Shown here: positions 28,032-37,001 of the stretch, in pieces | How positions within the stretch are numbered: position 1 is the stretch's first letter | How the letters are laid out: each line of letters opens with the position of its first letter | Virus record (IMG/VR): IMGVR_UViG_3300021405_000018 | Coordinates: 1 to 52,064 of that record | From: a virus | Lineage: Duplodnaviria; Caudoviricetes | Strand: one strand, 5' to 3' | Length of the DNA: 52,064 bases | Position numbers and translations under genes: made by a program | Notes under the pieces: generated by a model | The model's input: only the letters and a program-made list of their open reading frames with translations | Told to the model about the DNA's origin: nothing | Database searches by the model: none

Positions 28032-28885
28032 TTTCGTGCTCCGGTCGAACGGCTCAGCCACTTGTCGTACAGGGGCTGGAAGGAAGGCGGCAACCCACTG
28101 GAGAGGGCAAGGTTCCTGTTCTTCACATCGGCATTGGCCTCCGCAGTACTCCAGGAGAACTTGTTCGTATCCTTCTTGGTCAGCACCACGTCGCTGAACT
28201 TCGCCGGGATGATCGGGGCGATAGCCTTCCCGAGGGTGCTAACCATCAGCTTGATTCCACCTTGAACGACATCAACTTCACGCTCGACGTGTGCAATCAG
28301 TACAAAATGGCAGCGGCATCCGTCGCATAGCTTTTTGATAAGGGACATGACATAAGCCTGTGCAACTCCCCAGTCAGTCTGTGTACGCTCTGCTCGCCCT
28401 CCGATGACGAGCTGCATAGCGTAATCGTTAAGCCCAGTGAGTCCGTCGAGCACGATAACTCTGTCCGTTCCCCATTGGTCTGCAGGCTCAAAGACCTGAC
28501 CGGTTCTTTGATCAGTAAATCCATGAAGCGCAGTAAGTAGCTTGAGATATCCATCGTACTTGTTCCTCCGTGCGTCAACCATCTTCATTACAGCGTCATG
28601 TGGAAGAGTGTTCGTCTTCTTCGCGGCCTCCGCGATGTCCATGAAGGAGGATTGCGGCTGCTGGAGAGCGTGAAGGTGAAGATTCGTGGGCACTGGTTGC
28701 CCTTCGTCAGTCCAGTAACCCACAAGACTTTCCGCTCCTGACTCCAGAGGAATGTAGAAAACTTCCAGACCGGTCTCCACGAGTGTGCCGATTGCATGTG
28801 TCTTCCCTGTGCCACTAGGTCCCATGAGGATGACGTTGAACCCATTGATGACATCTACTACTACTGTCGTATTGTTTCCAGTCAT
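28028..28885 (-). CDS. AAA ATPase (Sak4/AAA_24-like recombination protein)
   Basis: Walker A GPSGTGKT, Walker B IVLDG, LIAHVE, F.DV. Confidence 0.8.
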   Translation of the reverse strand: MTGNNTTVVVDVINGFNVILMGPSGTGKTHAIGTLVETGLEVFYIPLESGAESLVGYWTDEGQPVPTNLHLHALQQPQSSFMDIAEAAKKTNTLPHDAVMKMVDARRNKYDGYLKLLTALHGFTDQRTGQVFEPADQWGTDRVIVLDGLTGLNDYAMQLVIGGRAERTQTDWGVAQAYVMSLIKKLCDGCRCHFVLIAHVEREVDVVQGGIKLMVSTLGKAIAPIIPAKFSDVVLTKKDTNKFSWSTAEANADVKNRNLALSSGLPPSFQPLYDKWLSRSTGARN

Positions 28886-29445
28886 ACAATCCCCTTCACA
28901 TCCAGGATAAGGTGGATGCGCTCGGTCGTTCCGGTGTTGGAGAAGGCATGGCTCTCACGGTGGTTGAACCACCACAGTTCACCTGTGCTGAAGTGCTGGG
29001 TCTCCAGTTCGATACCCTTCTCCACCGCCATCTCACACCACTGGTTGGTCCGCAGCGCGACGTGCAGCCGGTGAGTTGATTCGGCGTACTTACCTTCGTC
29101 AACATGCCAGTCAACCCTCGTGTCGCGGGGGAGTCGCGCAATGATAATGCGGCCCAGGCCATGCACACCGGGGCATGCATGCTGCATCGCATGGACAATG
29201 GGCAGGAGGGCGTGGAAGCACTCCTGCATGTGCGGGTACGGCTCGGTGGTGCAATCGTCAAAGATTTTGTTGAGGTCGTGCTTCTCCTGGGTGCCCATCA
29301 GGATGATGGACTTTGTGGAATGGTGCGCCGACCCAGCGTAGCTCTGGCGCAGGGTCATCTCCTCCCACCAGTCGGGATGGGCGTCGAGGATGTCGAGCAG
29401 CGGCTGCACCGGGAGGTGGTCTGCCAGCTTCTTGAAGTATTTCAT
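28882..29445 (-). CDS. 2OG-Fe(II) oxygenase, Asp/Asn beta-hydroxylase family
   Basis: HVD, RLHV.L, GELWWFN...H...N.G...RIHLILD. Confidence 0.85.
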   Translation of the reverse strand: MKYFKKLADHLPVQPLLDILDAHPDWWEEMTLRQSYAGSAHHSTKSIILMGTQEKHDLNKIFDDCTTEPYPHMQECFHALLPIVHAMQHACPGVHGLGRIIIARLPRDTRVDWHVDEGKYAESTHRLHVALRTNQWCEMAVEKGIELETQHFSTGELWWFNHRESHAFSNTGTTERIHLILDVKGIV

Positions 29446-29759
29446 ATCGGGTTCACCACAGGTGGTGTGGGGACAACAACCTGTCCCGGCGTTGGGTTAC
29501 TGACGGTAACATTGCCCTGGGTTGCGAGCAACTGGACTGCGACGTTGGCAGGCAGGCCCAGGGGGTAGAATGCAGCGGCGATAGCCTGGGCCACAAGCCC
29601 CTCCAGTTGCGGGACACTCGCGGACGTGGGCATGTCCACGAGGACCTGGAAAGTACACATCCAAGTGGTGGTGGCGGCAAAGGGACCACCCTGCGGTGTG
29701 CCCTGACCCTGGCCGGGACCTTGGCCTTGGCCGGGAGCGGCGACGATGACGGCAGGCAT
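29442..29759 (-). CDS. Low-complexity hypothetical protein
   Basis: GQGQGPGQGQG repeat; coupled. Confidence 0.5.
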   Translation of the reverse strand: MPAVIVAAPGQGQGPGQGQGTPQGGPFAATTTWMCTFQVLVDMPTSASVPQLEGLVAQAIAAAFYPLGLPANVAVQLLATQGNVTVSNPTPGQVVVPTPPVVNPI

Positions 29760-29768
29760 ATCTGTCCC

Positions 29769-30089
29769 TTATTCAGGCAGTGAGTCGTGGTGCTTCAGAA
29801 TCTGCTCCACTACATTGACGCCCTCAACCTTTGGGAAGGTCTGGACAGTCTCCTTGATGCTCTTGCGGCCTCCACCCTGCCGAACCCACCAGAAGCCCTT
29901 GGCGAGGCGGTCTGTTGAATAGAGTCGGCCTTCCTTCTTGCAGTAGTGCTCCTTGGGATGGCACACTGCCCATGCATAACGAACGGTGTTGTCGGCCTCG
30001 ATGTCGTAGGCGACTGTAACCCCTCCTGTTGGCTCAAGATGTCCGAAGAAGGGGTCTCTAACTCGGAGGTGAATGAATTTGACAGCCAT
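29769..30089 (-). CDS. Conserved-type phage protein
   Basis: GGVTVAY...AVCHPKE.YCKK.GR; RBS AGGAG. Confidence 0.65.
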   Translation of the reverse strand: MAVKFIHLRVRDPFFGHLEPTGGVTVAYDIEADNTVRYAWAVCHPKEHYCKKEGRLYSTDRLAKGFWWVRQGGGRKSIKETVQTFPKVEGVNVVEQILKHHDSLPE

Positions 30090-30098
30090 GATGTACTC

Positions 30099-30998
30099 CT
30101 ATCTAGATAAAGGGTTCCACATGCTTTCTTCAAAGCCTGTGGATAACCAGTTCACCCGTCTATCGGGCGGGATGGAGCAGATGCCTTTGAAGATGCATCC
30201 GCCGTAATCGTTGCAAGTGTCGTCCAGCGCGGGCTCCCAATAGCCTCCCTTATAGTACGAAAGCGCCTGAGTAATGAGGTGGTCCCTGTGCTCGACCCAC
30301 TCGTCAATCTTCCAGTCGGGTGCATTGACAATAGCCTGAGCTGTCTCATACTTTGTCTTGAGTATGGAAACACCCCGCACAAGCGTCCCCTGAAGGCTAA
30401 GACCAAGTACGCGGCCTGCCCAAGCGTATCCTGTGAATTGCGAGCGAAGTTCCCATTGGTTAGACCACTTCGCACCCAGGGCTTTGGTCGTCTTGTCGTC
30501 TTCGGCATATCGGGCTCCACAGAAGTCCATTATCGTATCAGTGCGGCCTGCGTATAAGAGAGGCATACCCGTGTCTGGGTTGTTAAAGGGCAATGGGAGC
30601 GCAAAACGCCATTCAACCGCAGGTACTCCAGCAATGGTGGATATTCTGGCAGGGTCGTCGTCAAGCGGGTATTCACTGAAGTAGTACTCAAGGGCTCCCA
30701 CCATTCGATCAAGAGTCTTGCTCTCTGTATCGGGGCATTCCGCATCTCCGTACTCCTCAATCAGTGCAGCAGTGCCCATCTCAAGGCATTGCTCGGGGTC
30801 ATGCTGGCGCATGTAAGCCCCCCGAGCTACTTCAAGGCCCTTCGCGTAGGCCTTGCCCGCTGTTAGGTGGATCGACTCAGACGACCCAATCGGGGTGTAG
30901 CGACATACGTGCGCAAGAAAGAACTTCCTCGGACACCGCATCGACGCCAGCATCGTTGAGTCGAGGACTGGGGGAAACTTCGGCAGGTTGTTCGGCAT
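30099..30998 (-). CDS. Cas4-like PD-(D/E)XK exonuclease
   Basis: CPRK; GRTD; DDKTT; QFTGY; C....GC.F...C (4-Cys cluster pattern). Confidence 0.85.
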   Translation of the reverse strand: MPNNLPKFPPVLDSTMLASMRCPRKFFLAHVCRYTPIGSSESIHLTAGKAYAKGLEVARGAYMRQHDPEQCLEMGTAALIEEYGDAECPDTESKTLDRMVGALEYYFSEYPLDDDPARISTIAGVPAVEWRFALPLPFNNPDTGMPLLYAGRTDTIMDFCGARYAEDDKTTKALGAKWSNQWELRSQFTGYAWAGRVLGLSLQGTLVRGVSILKTKYETAQAIVNAPDWKIDEWVEHRDHLITQALSYYKGGYWEPALDDTCNDYGGCIFKGICSIPPDRRVNWLSTGFEESMWNPLSR

Positions 30999-31296
30999 GA
31001 TCGGGCTTCATTGCTTCGTTAATGGCGTCCTGGGCTTCCCACTTGGCTACCTGCTCACGACACCATGCAAGACAGGCAGCCTTGTCTAACCACGTATGGG
31101 GGGAGACCCGATTGTAGCCGCCATAGATGTCCATGTACTGCTGGTCGGACAGGCATGCCACGTAAGGAGTGACATCCCCAAACGTACGAGCGGCAATGCC
31201 GATCACACATCCGCAGGGACTGCTGAAGTTGAACGGGAGGCGGCTTTGCTCTACTGCATCAAGTAGTGCTACGAACCTTTGATACTTGCTCATCAT
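30877..31296 (-). CDS. Hypothetical protein
   Basis: ORF in operon orientation; C-terminus overlaps the nuclease gene. Confidence 0.5.
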   Translation of the reverse strand: MMSKYQRFVALLDAVEQSRLPFNFSSPCGCVIGIAARTFGDVTPYVACLSDQQYMDIYGGYNRVSPHTWLDKAACLAWCREQVAKWEAQDAINEAMKPDHAEQPAEVSPSPRLNDAGVDAVSEEVLSCARMSLHPDWVV

Positions 31297-31594
31297 TACT
31301 CTCACTGGTTGGTTCGGACGTATCGATGTCCGGGTCGTTGAGGGGGAAGAGGCAGCTCCGTGCTACCGTGTTGCGCTTGTCGCGGGTCTCTGTGCCTGTG
31401 CTGCTACCGATCCCCCTAATAGGCTCCGGGAAGTCCATCAGGTAGGCGTCACGGGTGAACTTCTCCAGTTCGCCGTGGCGGTTGCGGAAGGTCCACTGTC
31501 CACGGTGCTGGACAACCGTACACTGCGCCCCAAGATTCTCCTTGAAGCTGGTGGAGATTAGAAGGCACAATGTGCCGGGTTTCAGGACCTTCAT
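31259..31594 (-). CDS. Hypothetical protein
   Basis: LKPG.LC...N.G...TV...L.PL.DPD pattern seen in phage proteins. Confidence 0.6.
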   Translation of the reverse strand: MKVLKPGTLCLLISTSFKENLGAQCTVVQHRGQWTFRNRHGELEKFTRDAYLMDFPEPIRGIGSSTGTETRDKRNTVARSCLFPLNDPDIDTSEPTSESNDEQVSKVRSTT

Positions 31595-31601
31595 GTCAGC
31601 C

Positions 31602-31796
31602 TCAGATCATGTGACGGGCGAACTGGAATGCGGCGTAGGCGATACCCGCCCAGCCACTGGCCCGTGCTGCGGTTTCCAGGTTGTTGATGTGCAGGGTAAG
31701 TGCCGCCCACTTGTCGTGAACGTCCTTCTCGTACTGGTGGACGACCGTTGTCACCTTGCCTTCGGCATCGGTGGTTTGTACAGTGTTGGTGCTCAT
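31602..31796 (-). CDS. Hypothetical protein
   Basis: GGAG RBS. Confidence 0.5.
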   Translation of the reverse strand: MSTNTVQTTDAEGKVTTVVHQYEKDVHDKWAALTLHINNLETAARASGWAGIAYAAFQFARHMI

Positions 31797-31797
31797 G

Positions 31798-32028
31798 TCA
31801 GTGCGCTCCGTCAATACGTTGCTTGGCTTCGATCAGGGACATCATCTCGTTCACGAGGTCCGAGGCCATTTCGGCTTCCTTGCCGCTCCTCGCTGCGTCG
31901 CGGGCCTCGGTGATACCCTTGATGTACATCGCGTACATCAGTGCGCGTAGGGATAGACGGGCTTCCGGGGGAATCTCTTCCGTGCTGAAGCCCTTCAGGG
32001 TTTCGTCAAATGCTGTCTTGCACGTCAT
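31798..32028 (-). CDS. Hypothetical protein
   Basis: GGAG RBS. Confidence 0.55.
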   Translation of the reverse strand: MTCKTAFDETLKGFSTEEIPPEARLSLRALMYAMYIKGITEARDAARSGKEAEMASDLVNEMMSLIEAKQRIDGAH

Positions 32029-32029
32029 G

Positions 32030-32251
32030 TCACTCTCCATTGAGTATGTTGTCCAGCAACTCGTCGCCGCTCGCCTTGGCGGCACGCTTCGCTGGGCGTT
32101 TTGCTTCTACTGCTTCGATGACCTTGCCTCGGGCTTCACGGACCATTGCGACCGCTTCCTTGACGAGGGCAGCCTTGCGCGATTCGGGTGTTTCGGGCAG
32201 CGCCAGTTCCGCGCGGATTGCAGCCATTCTGCCCCTAATTTCAGGTGTCAT
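32030..32251 (-). CDS. Hypothetical protein
   Basis: Coupled; Ala/Lys-rich. Confidence 0.6.
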   Translation of the reverse strand: MTPEIRGRMAAIRAELALPETPESRKAALVKEAVAMVREARGKVIEAVEAKRPAKRAAKASGDELLDNILNGE

Positions 32252-32409
32252 GATTTCGGCCTTAAGTCCTCCTGAATTATCTTGAGGTCAGCCAGCGCCT
32301 GCGTCAATTTGGCCTTTTCAATTGCCAGATCGTCCTCGATAGCCACGATGCTCGCCTCAATCGCCCTGACGCGGGCCACCACCGACCCAAGCTGATTCTC
32401 GAAGCTCAT
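32248..32409 (-). CDS. Coiled-coil hypothetical protein
   Basis: GGAG RBS, heptad pattern. Confidence 0.55.
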   Translation of the reverse strand: MSFENQLGSVVARVRAIEASIVAIEDDLAIEKAKLTQALADLKIIQEDLRPKS

Positions 32410-32513
32410 AGCAGCTCCCTCTTGACCCAGTTCCACGCCTTGTGCGTGAGGATGCCCATGACCCACCCGAACATGAAGATCATGAGCAACCACAGGTTGA
32501 GTGCAGTAGCCAT
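32406..32513 (-). CDS. Small membrane protein (35 aa)
   Basis: MATALNLWLLMIFMFGWVMGILTHKAWNWVKRELL; RBS GGAG; coupled. Confidence 0.5.
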   Translation of the reverse strand: MATALNLWLLMIFMFGWVMGILTHKAWNWVKRELL

Positions 32514-32514
32514 C

Positions 32515-33000
32515 CTAGTACTCCGGGTCCGGGAAGCAGTCCTCAGTGAGGACACTACTGATCCGGTTGATCACGTCCTCAGGGGTGGTGTAGTTTTCGT
32601 GTGGCATGAACAGATACTCAGCTGCAAACTCATCCAGGTCATAGAACTCAGTCAGGGCGGACCAACCCCTCTCATCGTTGAACATTACACGCCCGTCCTT
32701 CTCTGTCATGAACCCACGCTCCCGGAACCATGGGTCGAGACCAGCATAGCCAGTGGCGCATGCAGTACAACCACAGTTGTGTGGGATCAGGAGGAACTGT
32801 TCCTTCTCCATTGCGGCATAGAACTTGTCGGAGGCTTCCTTGGCCTCGCCGCCAGTGTAGCGTCCAAGGCCGATGTTCTCGATGTCACCATCGCCGTAGT
32901 CGACGTTGACGCCAACGAAGGTTTCGAGGCTGAAATTCAGCTTGTACCTGATCACGTCCTCCAGGACGCGTACGGTTTGCTCCAGTGCTTCACGGTTCAT
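32515..33000 (-). CDS. Hypothetical protein
   Basis: CGCTACA.GY...P.F motif; GGAG RBS. Confidence 0.6.
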   Translation of the reverse strand: MNREALEQTVRVLEDVIRYKLNFSLETFVGVNVDYGDGDIENIGLGRYTGGEAKEASDKFYAAMEKEQFLLIPHNCGCTACATGYAGLDPWFRERGFMTEKDGRVMFNDERGWSALTEFYDLDEFAAEYLFMPHENYTTPEDVINRISSVLTEDCFPDPEY

Positions 33001-33149
33001 ACTAGTGCTCCAAGGAATCCATTGAAAATGCTCAGGGCAATAATGCCTACCCACCACAGGCGTTTATCCCCACCTACCAGGGCTTCACCAAAGATACCCC
33101 AGGCACTGCCTGAAGCAATGCACCATACCATCAGGAGAACGAAGTTCAT
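32997..33149 (-). CDS. Small 2-TM protein (50 aa)
   Basis: ATGA overlaps at both ends; hydrophobic. Confidence 0.5.
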   Translation of the reverse strand: MNFVLLMVWCIASGSAWGIFGEALVGGDKRLWWVGIIALSIFNGFLGALV

Positions 33150-33325
33150 TTCTTCCTTCCTTTGCCCATGCGAATGCGGCGTTCACGTTCAATGACGGCG
33201 GCGAGGTGTGCAGCACTCGCCTCCTTGCTGCGCTTCTTGTAGTGCGGACGGTCCTGCGGGGCCAAGTTCATGAACCCCGAGGCCGCTTGCCTACGTCGAG
33301 CTTTTGCCTGCTGGGTTGCTGACAT
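33146..33325 (-). CDS. Small basic protein
   Basis: GGAGG RBS; Arg/Lys-rich. Confidence 0.5.
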   Translation of the reverse strand: MSATQQAKARRRQAASGFMNLAPQDRPHYKKRSKEASAAHLAAVIERERRIRMGKGRKK

Positions 33326-33494
33326 CCTTACCCTCCATAAAGGCGTTGAAGGCGTCCTTGCACGATGGGCAGAGGTGCTTTTCCTCGTTCCACTCGAAGA
33401 GATAGAAGGATGTCCACCGTAGGCGAGCAAACCAGCCTACATCGGTCTTTTCACCACATCTATCACAGGTGTAGACCTGTCTCGTAGCCATCAT
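33291..33494 (-). CDS. Zn-ribbon protein
   Basis: CDRC...LCPSC. Confidence 0.65.
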   Translation of the reverse strand: MMATRQVYTCDRCGEKTDVGWFARLRWTSFYLFEWNEEKHLCPSCKDAFNAFMEGKDVSNPAGKSST

Positions 33495-34339
33495 TTTCCC
33501 ACCTGAATCAGGGGGATAGCGCCCCCAAGCATGTATTGCGGATACTCCCCATTCCACTTCTCGACCTTCAGCTTCTCGATGATGGCAGGGTTGGCTTCAA
33601 GCGACTTGCCGAGGAGGTCGTTGGCCTGTGCCTGATTACGCGCAGCTTCGAGGTCGGCCTGACTCTGGATGACGCGCTTCTGCGAGTCGAACTGGGTCTG
33701 CTTCAGCTCGTTCTGTGCCTGGATGGACTTCTGCTGGGCACTCGCTGCTGCCTCGATGGCGTCGTTGTATTGCTGACTGAAGTCAAGGTTGAGCAGGGCT
33801 GTGCTGACGACGGTGATGCCGTAGGGCGCTAGGCGGGACTTGAGGTTATCGGTGATTTTCTGGTTCACCGAGTCCCGTTGGGTCACTAGCTGGTTCGTGT
33901 CGAACTGCGAGATGGTTGCCTTCGCAACGTCCACCATGGTCGGCTGGATGATCCGGTTGGCAGGGTCGTTGGAGAGGTCCCGATAGACACTGACGGCGGC
34001 AGCAGGGTTGACGCGGTAGTTCAGGGCGAAGTCCACCGTGACGACCTGTTTGTCGTTACTGGCTGCTGCCAGCTTCTCGTCCACACGGGCCGTACCTACA
34101 TAGACGGGGTGGACCGTATCGCGTACAGGCATGCGGAAGTGCAGTCCCGCAGGCATCACCTCGGGGGATAGGCCGTCGAAGTTCTGCACGACGCCCACAT
34201 AACCGGGCTCCACGGTGACGACCGGGCGCATCGAGTACCCCATGATGAGGAGGATCAGGACAATGATGGTCCCGACCGTCCACTTGACTACCTTCAGGAA
34301 TGATGCATCATCCCTACTCAACTCTTGCTGCTGTGCCAT
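33491..34339 (-). CDS. SPFH/prohibitin (band 7) membrane protein
   Basis: N-terminal TM, V.PG.VGV, GLHF..P, coiled coil, EKWNG..P. Confidence 0.9.
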   Translation of the reverse strand: MAQQQELSRDDASFLKVVKWTVGTIIVLILLIMGYSMRPVVTVEPGYVGVVQNFDGLSPEVMPAGLHFRMPVRDTVHPVYVGTARVDEKLAAASNDKQVVTVDFALNYRVNPAAAVSVYRDLSNDPANRIIQPTMVDVAKATISQFDTNQLVTQRDSVNQKITDNLKSRLAPYGITVVSTALLNLDFSQQYNDAIEAAASAQQKSIQAQNELKQTQFDSQKRVIQSQADLEAARNQAQANDLLGKSLEANPAIIEKLKVEKWNGEYPQYMLGGAIPLIQVGK

Positions 34340-34363
34340 GACTTACTCCTTAACTCAATTGAA

Positions 34364-34448
34364 TGGTCCCCCACCCAGGAATCGAACCTGGCTGGCCAGA
34401 GGCAACGGGGTTACGGCCCGCCCCACATCCATAGTGGTCTAATGAGGG
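34364..34448 (-). tRNA. tRNA-Tyr(GUA), non-canonical
   Basis: Acceptor CCCTCAT/GTGGGGG + A + CCA; anticodon arm GCGGG-CCGTAAC-CCCGT; long variable arm; T arm CCAGG-TTCGATT-CCTGG; 85 nt. Confidence 0.8.
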
Positions 34449-34455
34449 TACTGCT

Positions 34456-34719
34456 TCAGTTTATGGTCTTGCCGGTATCAACCACTATGGATGTGGGATG
34501 CATTTCCTCCTTGCAGTAGCGGTCATAGTACATTGCATTGAGGACGACTAGCTGGCGTTCAAGGTGACCGGGTTGTGCCTCCTCCAGTGCGTTGCTACGA
34601 CGCACGGTGGTGGCGATGCCACTCTCGTCCGAGATACTGATTGCAAGGCTCATACCCTTGCTTTCGACGGCGGCCAGCATCTCAACAATCTTCGTCAGGA
34701 TTTCCTGAGGCTTCGACAT
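34456..34719 (-). CDS. Hypothetical protein
   Basis: AGGAG RBS. Confidence 0.55.
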   Translation of the reverse strand: MSKPQEILTKIVEMLAAVESKGMSLAISISDESGIATTVRRSNALEEAQPGHLERQLVVLNAMYYDRYCKEEMHPTSIVVDTGKTIN

Positions 34720-34948
34720 CTTGCTTCTCCTTTCCACAGTAGGTCTTGCGCAGGAGGTTCCACGAGCCTTTCTCGTCTAGCCTCCATAGTTCACGGGCAC
34801 TGCCGACTGCGCGGTCGAATGTGCATGTCACGTTGTAGTGCGACTCATCGATGTCGATGGTGATGCCGTTGCTGATGCACTTGTAGAGGGTTGGACCGGG
34901 GCAGCGGATTGCCTTGCCGTCGATGATGAGGGTGCTTCCAGCGATCAT
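34682..34948 (-). CDS. Hypothetical protein
   Basis: AGGAG RBS. Confidence 0.5.
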   Translation of the reverse strand: MIAGSTLIIDGKAIRCPGPTLYKCISNGITIDIDESHYNVTCTFDRAVGSARELWRLDEKGSWNLLRKTYCGKEKQDVEASGNPDEDC

Positions 34949-34949
34949 G

Positions 34950-35096
34950 TCAGGCTCCTACGAACGGGCGTGCGATGTTGGCGAGGAAGAGGGTTATGCA
35001 TAAGGCTAGGCCAACGAAGTCGTCGTCCCTGAGACTGTTATAGCCGCACCAGCCAACAGTTCCGCCAACGATCATACTGAACAGGATGCTCATCAT
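34950..35096 (-). CDS. Small membrane protein (48 aa)
   Basis: Coupled start; two hydrophobic segments. Confidence 0.45.
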   Translation of the reverse strand: MMSILFSMIVGGTVGWCGYNSLRDDDFVGLALCITLFLANIARPFVGA

Positions 35097-35287
35097 GCTG
35101 CGTTCCTCAACAGGGTTACGACATCGGACAGGGTGCCCTTGGCAAGCACGGGGCGTTCCTCACATTCGAGGTAGATGTCACAACAGCCATCGTTATCTTC
35201 CGAGGCGGCGACGAGCGATACGAGGTCCCGGTTGATCCACACGTCATTGTGCGCTTCCGAGGGTGCTTCAATCTTAACGAGATGCAT
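35093..35287 (-). CDS. Small hypothetical protein
   Basis: GGAGG RBS; VWIN.D.V..V pattern. Confidence 0.6.
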   Translation of the reverse strand: MHLVKIEAPSEAHNDVWINRDLVSLVAASEDNDGCCDIYLECEERPVLAKGTLSDVVTLLRNAA

Positions 35288-35288
35288 G

Positions 35289-35519
35289 TTAGTCCTCCAG
35301 ACCGACAAGGTAATCAATACTGCATTCAAGTACTATAGCCATCTTGATGATGGATCGCAAGCTGGGGTAAACCCCACGATTCTCGTAGGCCGTGATCTGG
35401 CATTGATGAAGGAAGCATTCGGCTGCAAACCTCTCAATGCCGTAACCACGGCGCATACGCTCGGCCTTGAGGCGGGTCCCAAGAGCCCCAAAGGCCTCCT
35501 TACGTTTATACGGCTTCAC
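35289..35519 (-). CDS. XRE-family HTH protein
   Basis: LGTRLK..R...G...YE....PS......A.VL.CSIDYLVG; GTGA-coupled to Ro60. Confidence 0.8.
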   Translation of the reverse strand: MKPYKRKEAFGALGTRLKAERMRRGYGIERFAAECFLHQCQITAYENRGVYPSLRSIIKMAIVLECSIDYLVGLED

Positions 35520-36964
35520 GCCTGGGCCTCCACAGCCCGGATGAAGTCAACTGAGGCTTCGCTGAAGCCATCAATATGCGTCCACTTTCCGTAACCAATC
35601 CCGTTCTTTGCGCTTGCCACGTTGATGAGGTATGCCCGACCACATCCAGGTTCCGCCAGCTTCGGGGATTGCGCATGATCAACAGCACAATCCTGCTCGT
35701 CCGTGACAACGACGATGCGGTCATACATTTCACGCTCGTTGATGAAGTCGAGCATGGGTTTGAGGAAGATGCCTCCTCCACCAAGCACTCTGTAGGACTC
35801 ATGGAATGCTGCAACGAGAGCCATTCCGTGCCTAGCTGGTACAGATTTCGTGGCGTGTGTTCGTGTGCGGTCGCTTCCTGCTGTTGCATAGACTACTGCC
35901 TCCTCACATTGTTCGCGCAGGATTGCGCACAGGGCGGCACCAGCGTCGATACGATTCAGGGTGGACTTGCTCGACAGCATGCTGCCCATCGAGCCCGACA
36001 CGTCGAGGACGATCAGCGTCCTCCCTTCAAGTTTCGGACCGTCCTGGAGTCCTTGCACCATCGCACCATCGAGCACAGCTTCGAACTGAGGGGCCTCGCG
36101 GGCTGCGCTGATGAAACGGAACGGGAGGACCTTGCTTGCGCCTTTACGGGCCTGGATGGCTTGTTCAATGAGGCCACGGTCCACCCCCAGTTCAGTCATC
36201 TTGCGCAGGTTCCGAAGGAGGGCCATATAGGGCAGCTTCCCCTCACGCAACATCACTTCGAATACATCTTTACTGCCACCTTCATCCCCCTTAGCTGCGC
36301 TAAGGCCCACTTCCCATGTCTCGGGCGTCTTGAGGGTGCGGTCAACGATGCGCCGATACAACTGTTCTTCAGGTGTAGTGCCCGCAGTGCTGCTCAACCG
36401 GTTACCAATGCCTTGCGCACGTTGATGCTTCGTGCCGTAGGCACCACTGACCGACTTCGGCTTCCCATGCACCATGAACAGAACGTCGCGCAGCTTGATA
36501 GGCGAGTCGGCCTTCTCCCATTTCGAGAACTGATACTCATCGAACTTGCGGAAGGCACGGGCAAGGCCGACCTTAACCTGCTTCGCAAGGGGACACTTAC
36601 CGTCCTTCCAGTAGATGGCCATGAATTCGGCTATCTCGTCGGGCCGTTGGATCACCCTAGCGAGGGTATCTCCAACCAGTTTGCCTCTCGCACATCGAGC
36701 AAGCGCCCGCACGAGCAGCAACGGTACGTGCCGAAGGTGTTGCTGTTCCCTTGCCTCAATGGCGAGTTGTGCAACAGTTGCAGGGTCGCATGCTGGCACC
36801 AGCTCTGCGATCCGACTAGCGATTGAGCCGCCTGATTCATACGCTTCGCCCTCCCAAAGCATGCACGACAGCACCGTGCGGCGTAGTTCTTCAATCGGGG
36901 TAAGGTGGAAGGCCTCTGCGCCGCCATGGGTACGAGGGCCTTCTGGATGGTTGGTACTGGACAT
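35516..36964 (-). CDS. rsr: Ro60/Rsr RNA-binding protein (TROVE + vWA)
   Basis: TROVE motifs LR.VP, RPDE..E, FDEYQ..KW, LRDVL...H.KP, TWE..LS, YMALLRNLR, LPFRF..A; vWA MIDAS DVSGSM, VTDEQ, GFSE; RBS AGGAG. Confidence 0.93.
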   Translation of the reverse strand: MSSTNHPEGPRTHGGAEAFHLTPIEELRRTVLSCMLWEGEAYESGGSIASRIAELVPACDPATVAQLAIEAREQQHLRHVPLLLVRALARCARGKLVGDTLARVIQRPDEIAEFMAIYWKDGKCPLAKQVKVGLARAFRKFDEYQFSKWEKADSPIKLRDVLFMVHGKPKSVSGAYGTKHQRAQGIGNRLSSTAGTTPEEQLYRRIVDRTLKTPETWEVGLSAAKGDEGGSKDVFEVMLREGKLPYMALLRNLRKMTELGVDRGLIEQAIQARKGASKVLPFRFISAAREAPQFEAVLDGAMVQGLQDGPKLEGRTLIVLDVSGSMGSMLSSKSTLNRIDAGAALCAILREQCEEAVVYATAGSDRTRTHATKSVPARHGMALVAAFHESYRVLGGGGIFLKPMLDFINEREMYDRIVVVTDEQDCAVDHAQSPKLAEPGCGRAYLINVASAKNGIGYGKWTHIDGFSEASVDFIRAVEAQA

Positions 36965-37001
36965 TACTGGTACTCCTAACTAACTTCAAGCCCCCGAAGG
37001 G

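Noticed and set aside
30099-30998. Cas4-like gene as a CRISPR-Cas component
   Set aside because: Sits with the AAA ATPase and SSB in an ordinary phage recombination module
21842-35519. XRE genes as evidence of a lysogeny module
   Set aside because: No integrase, parA or divergent cI/cro arrangement recognised
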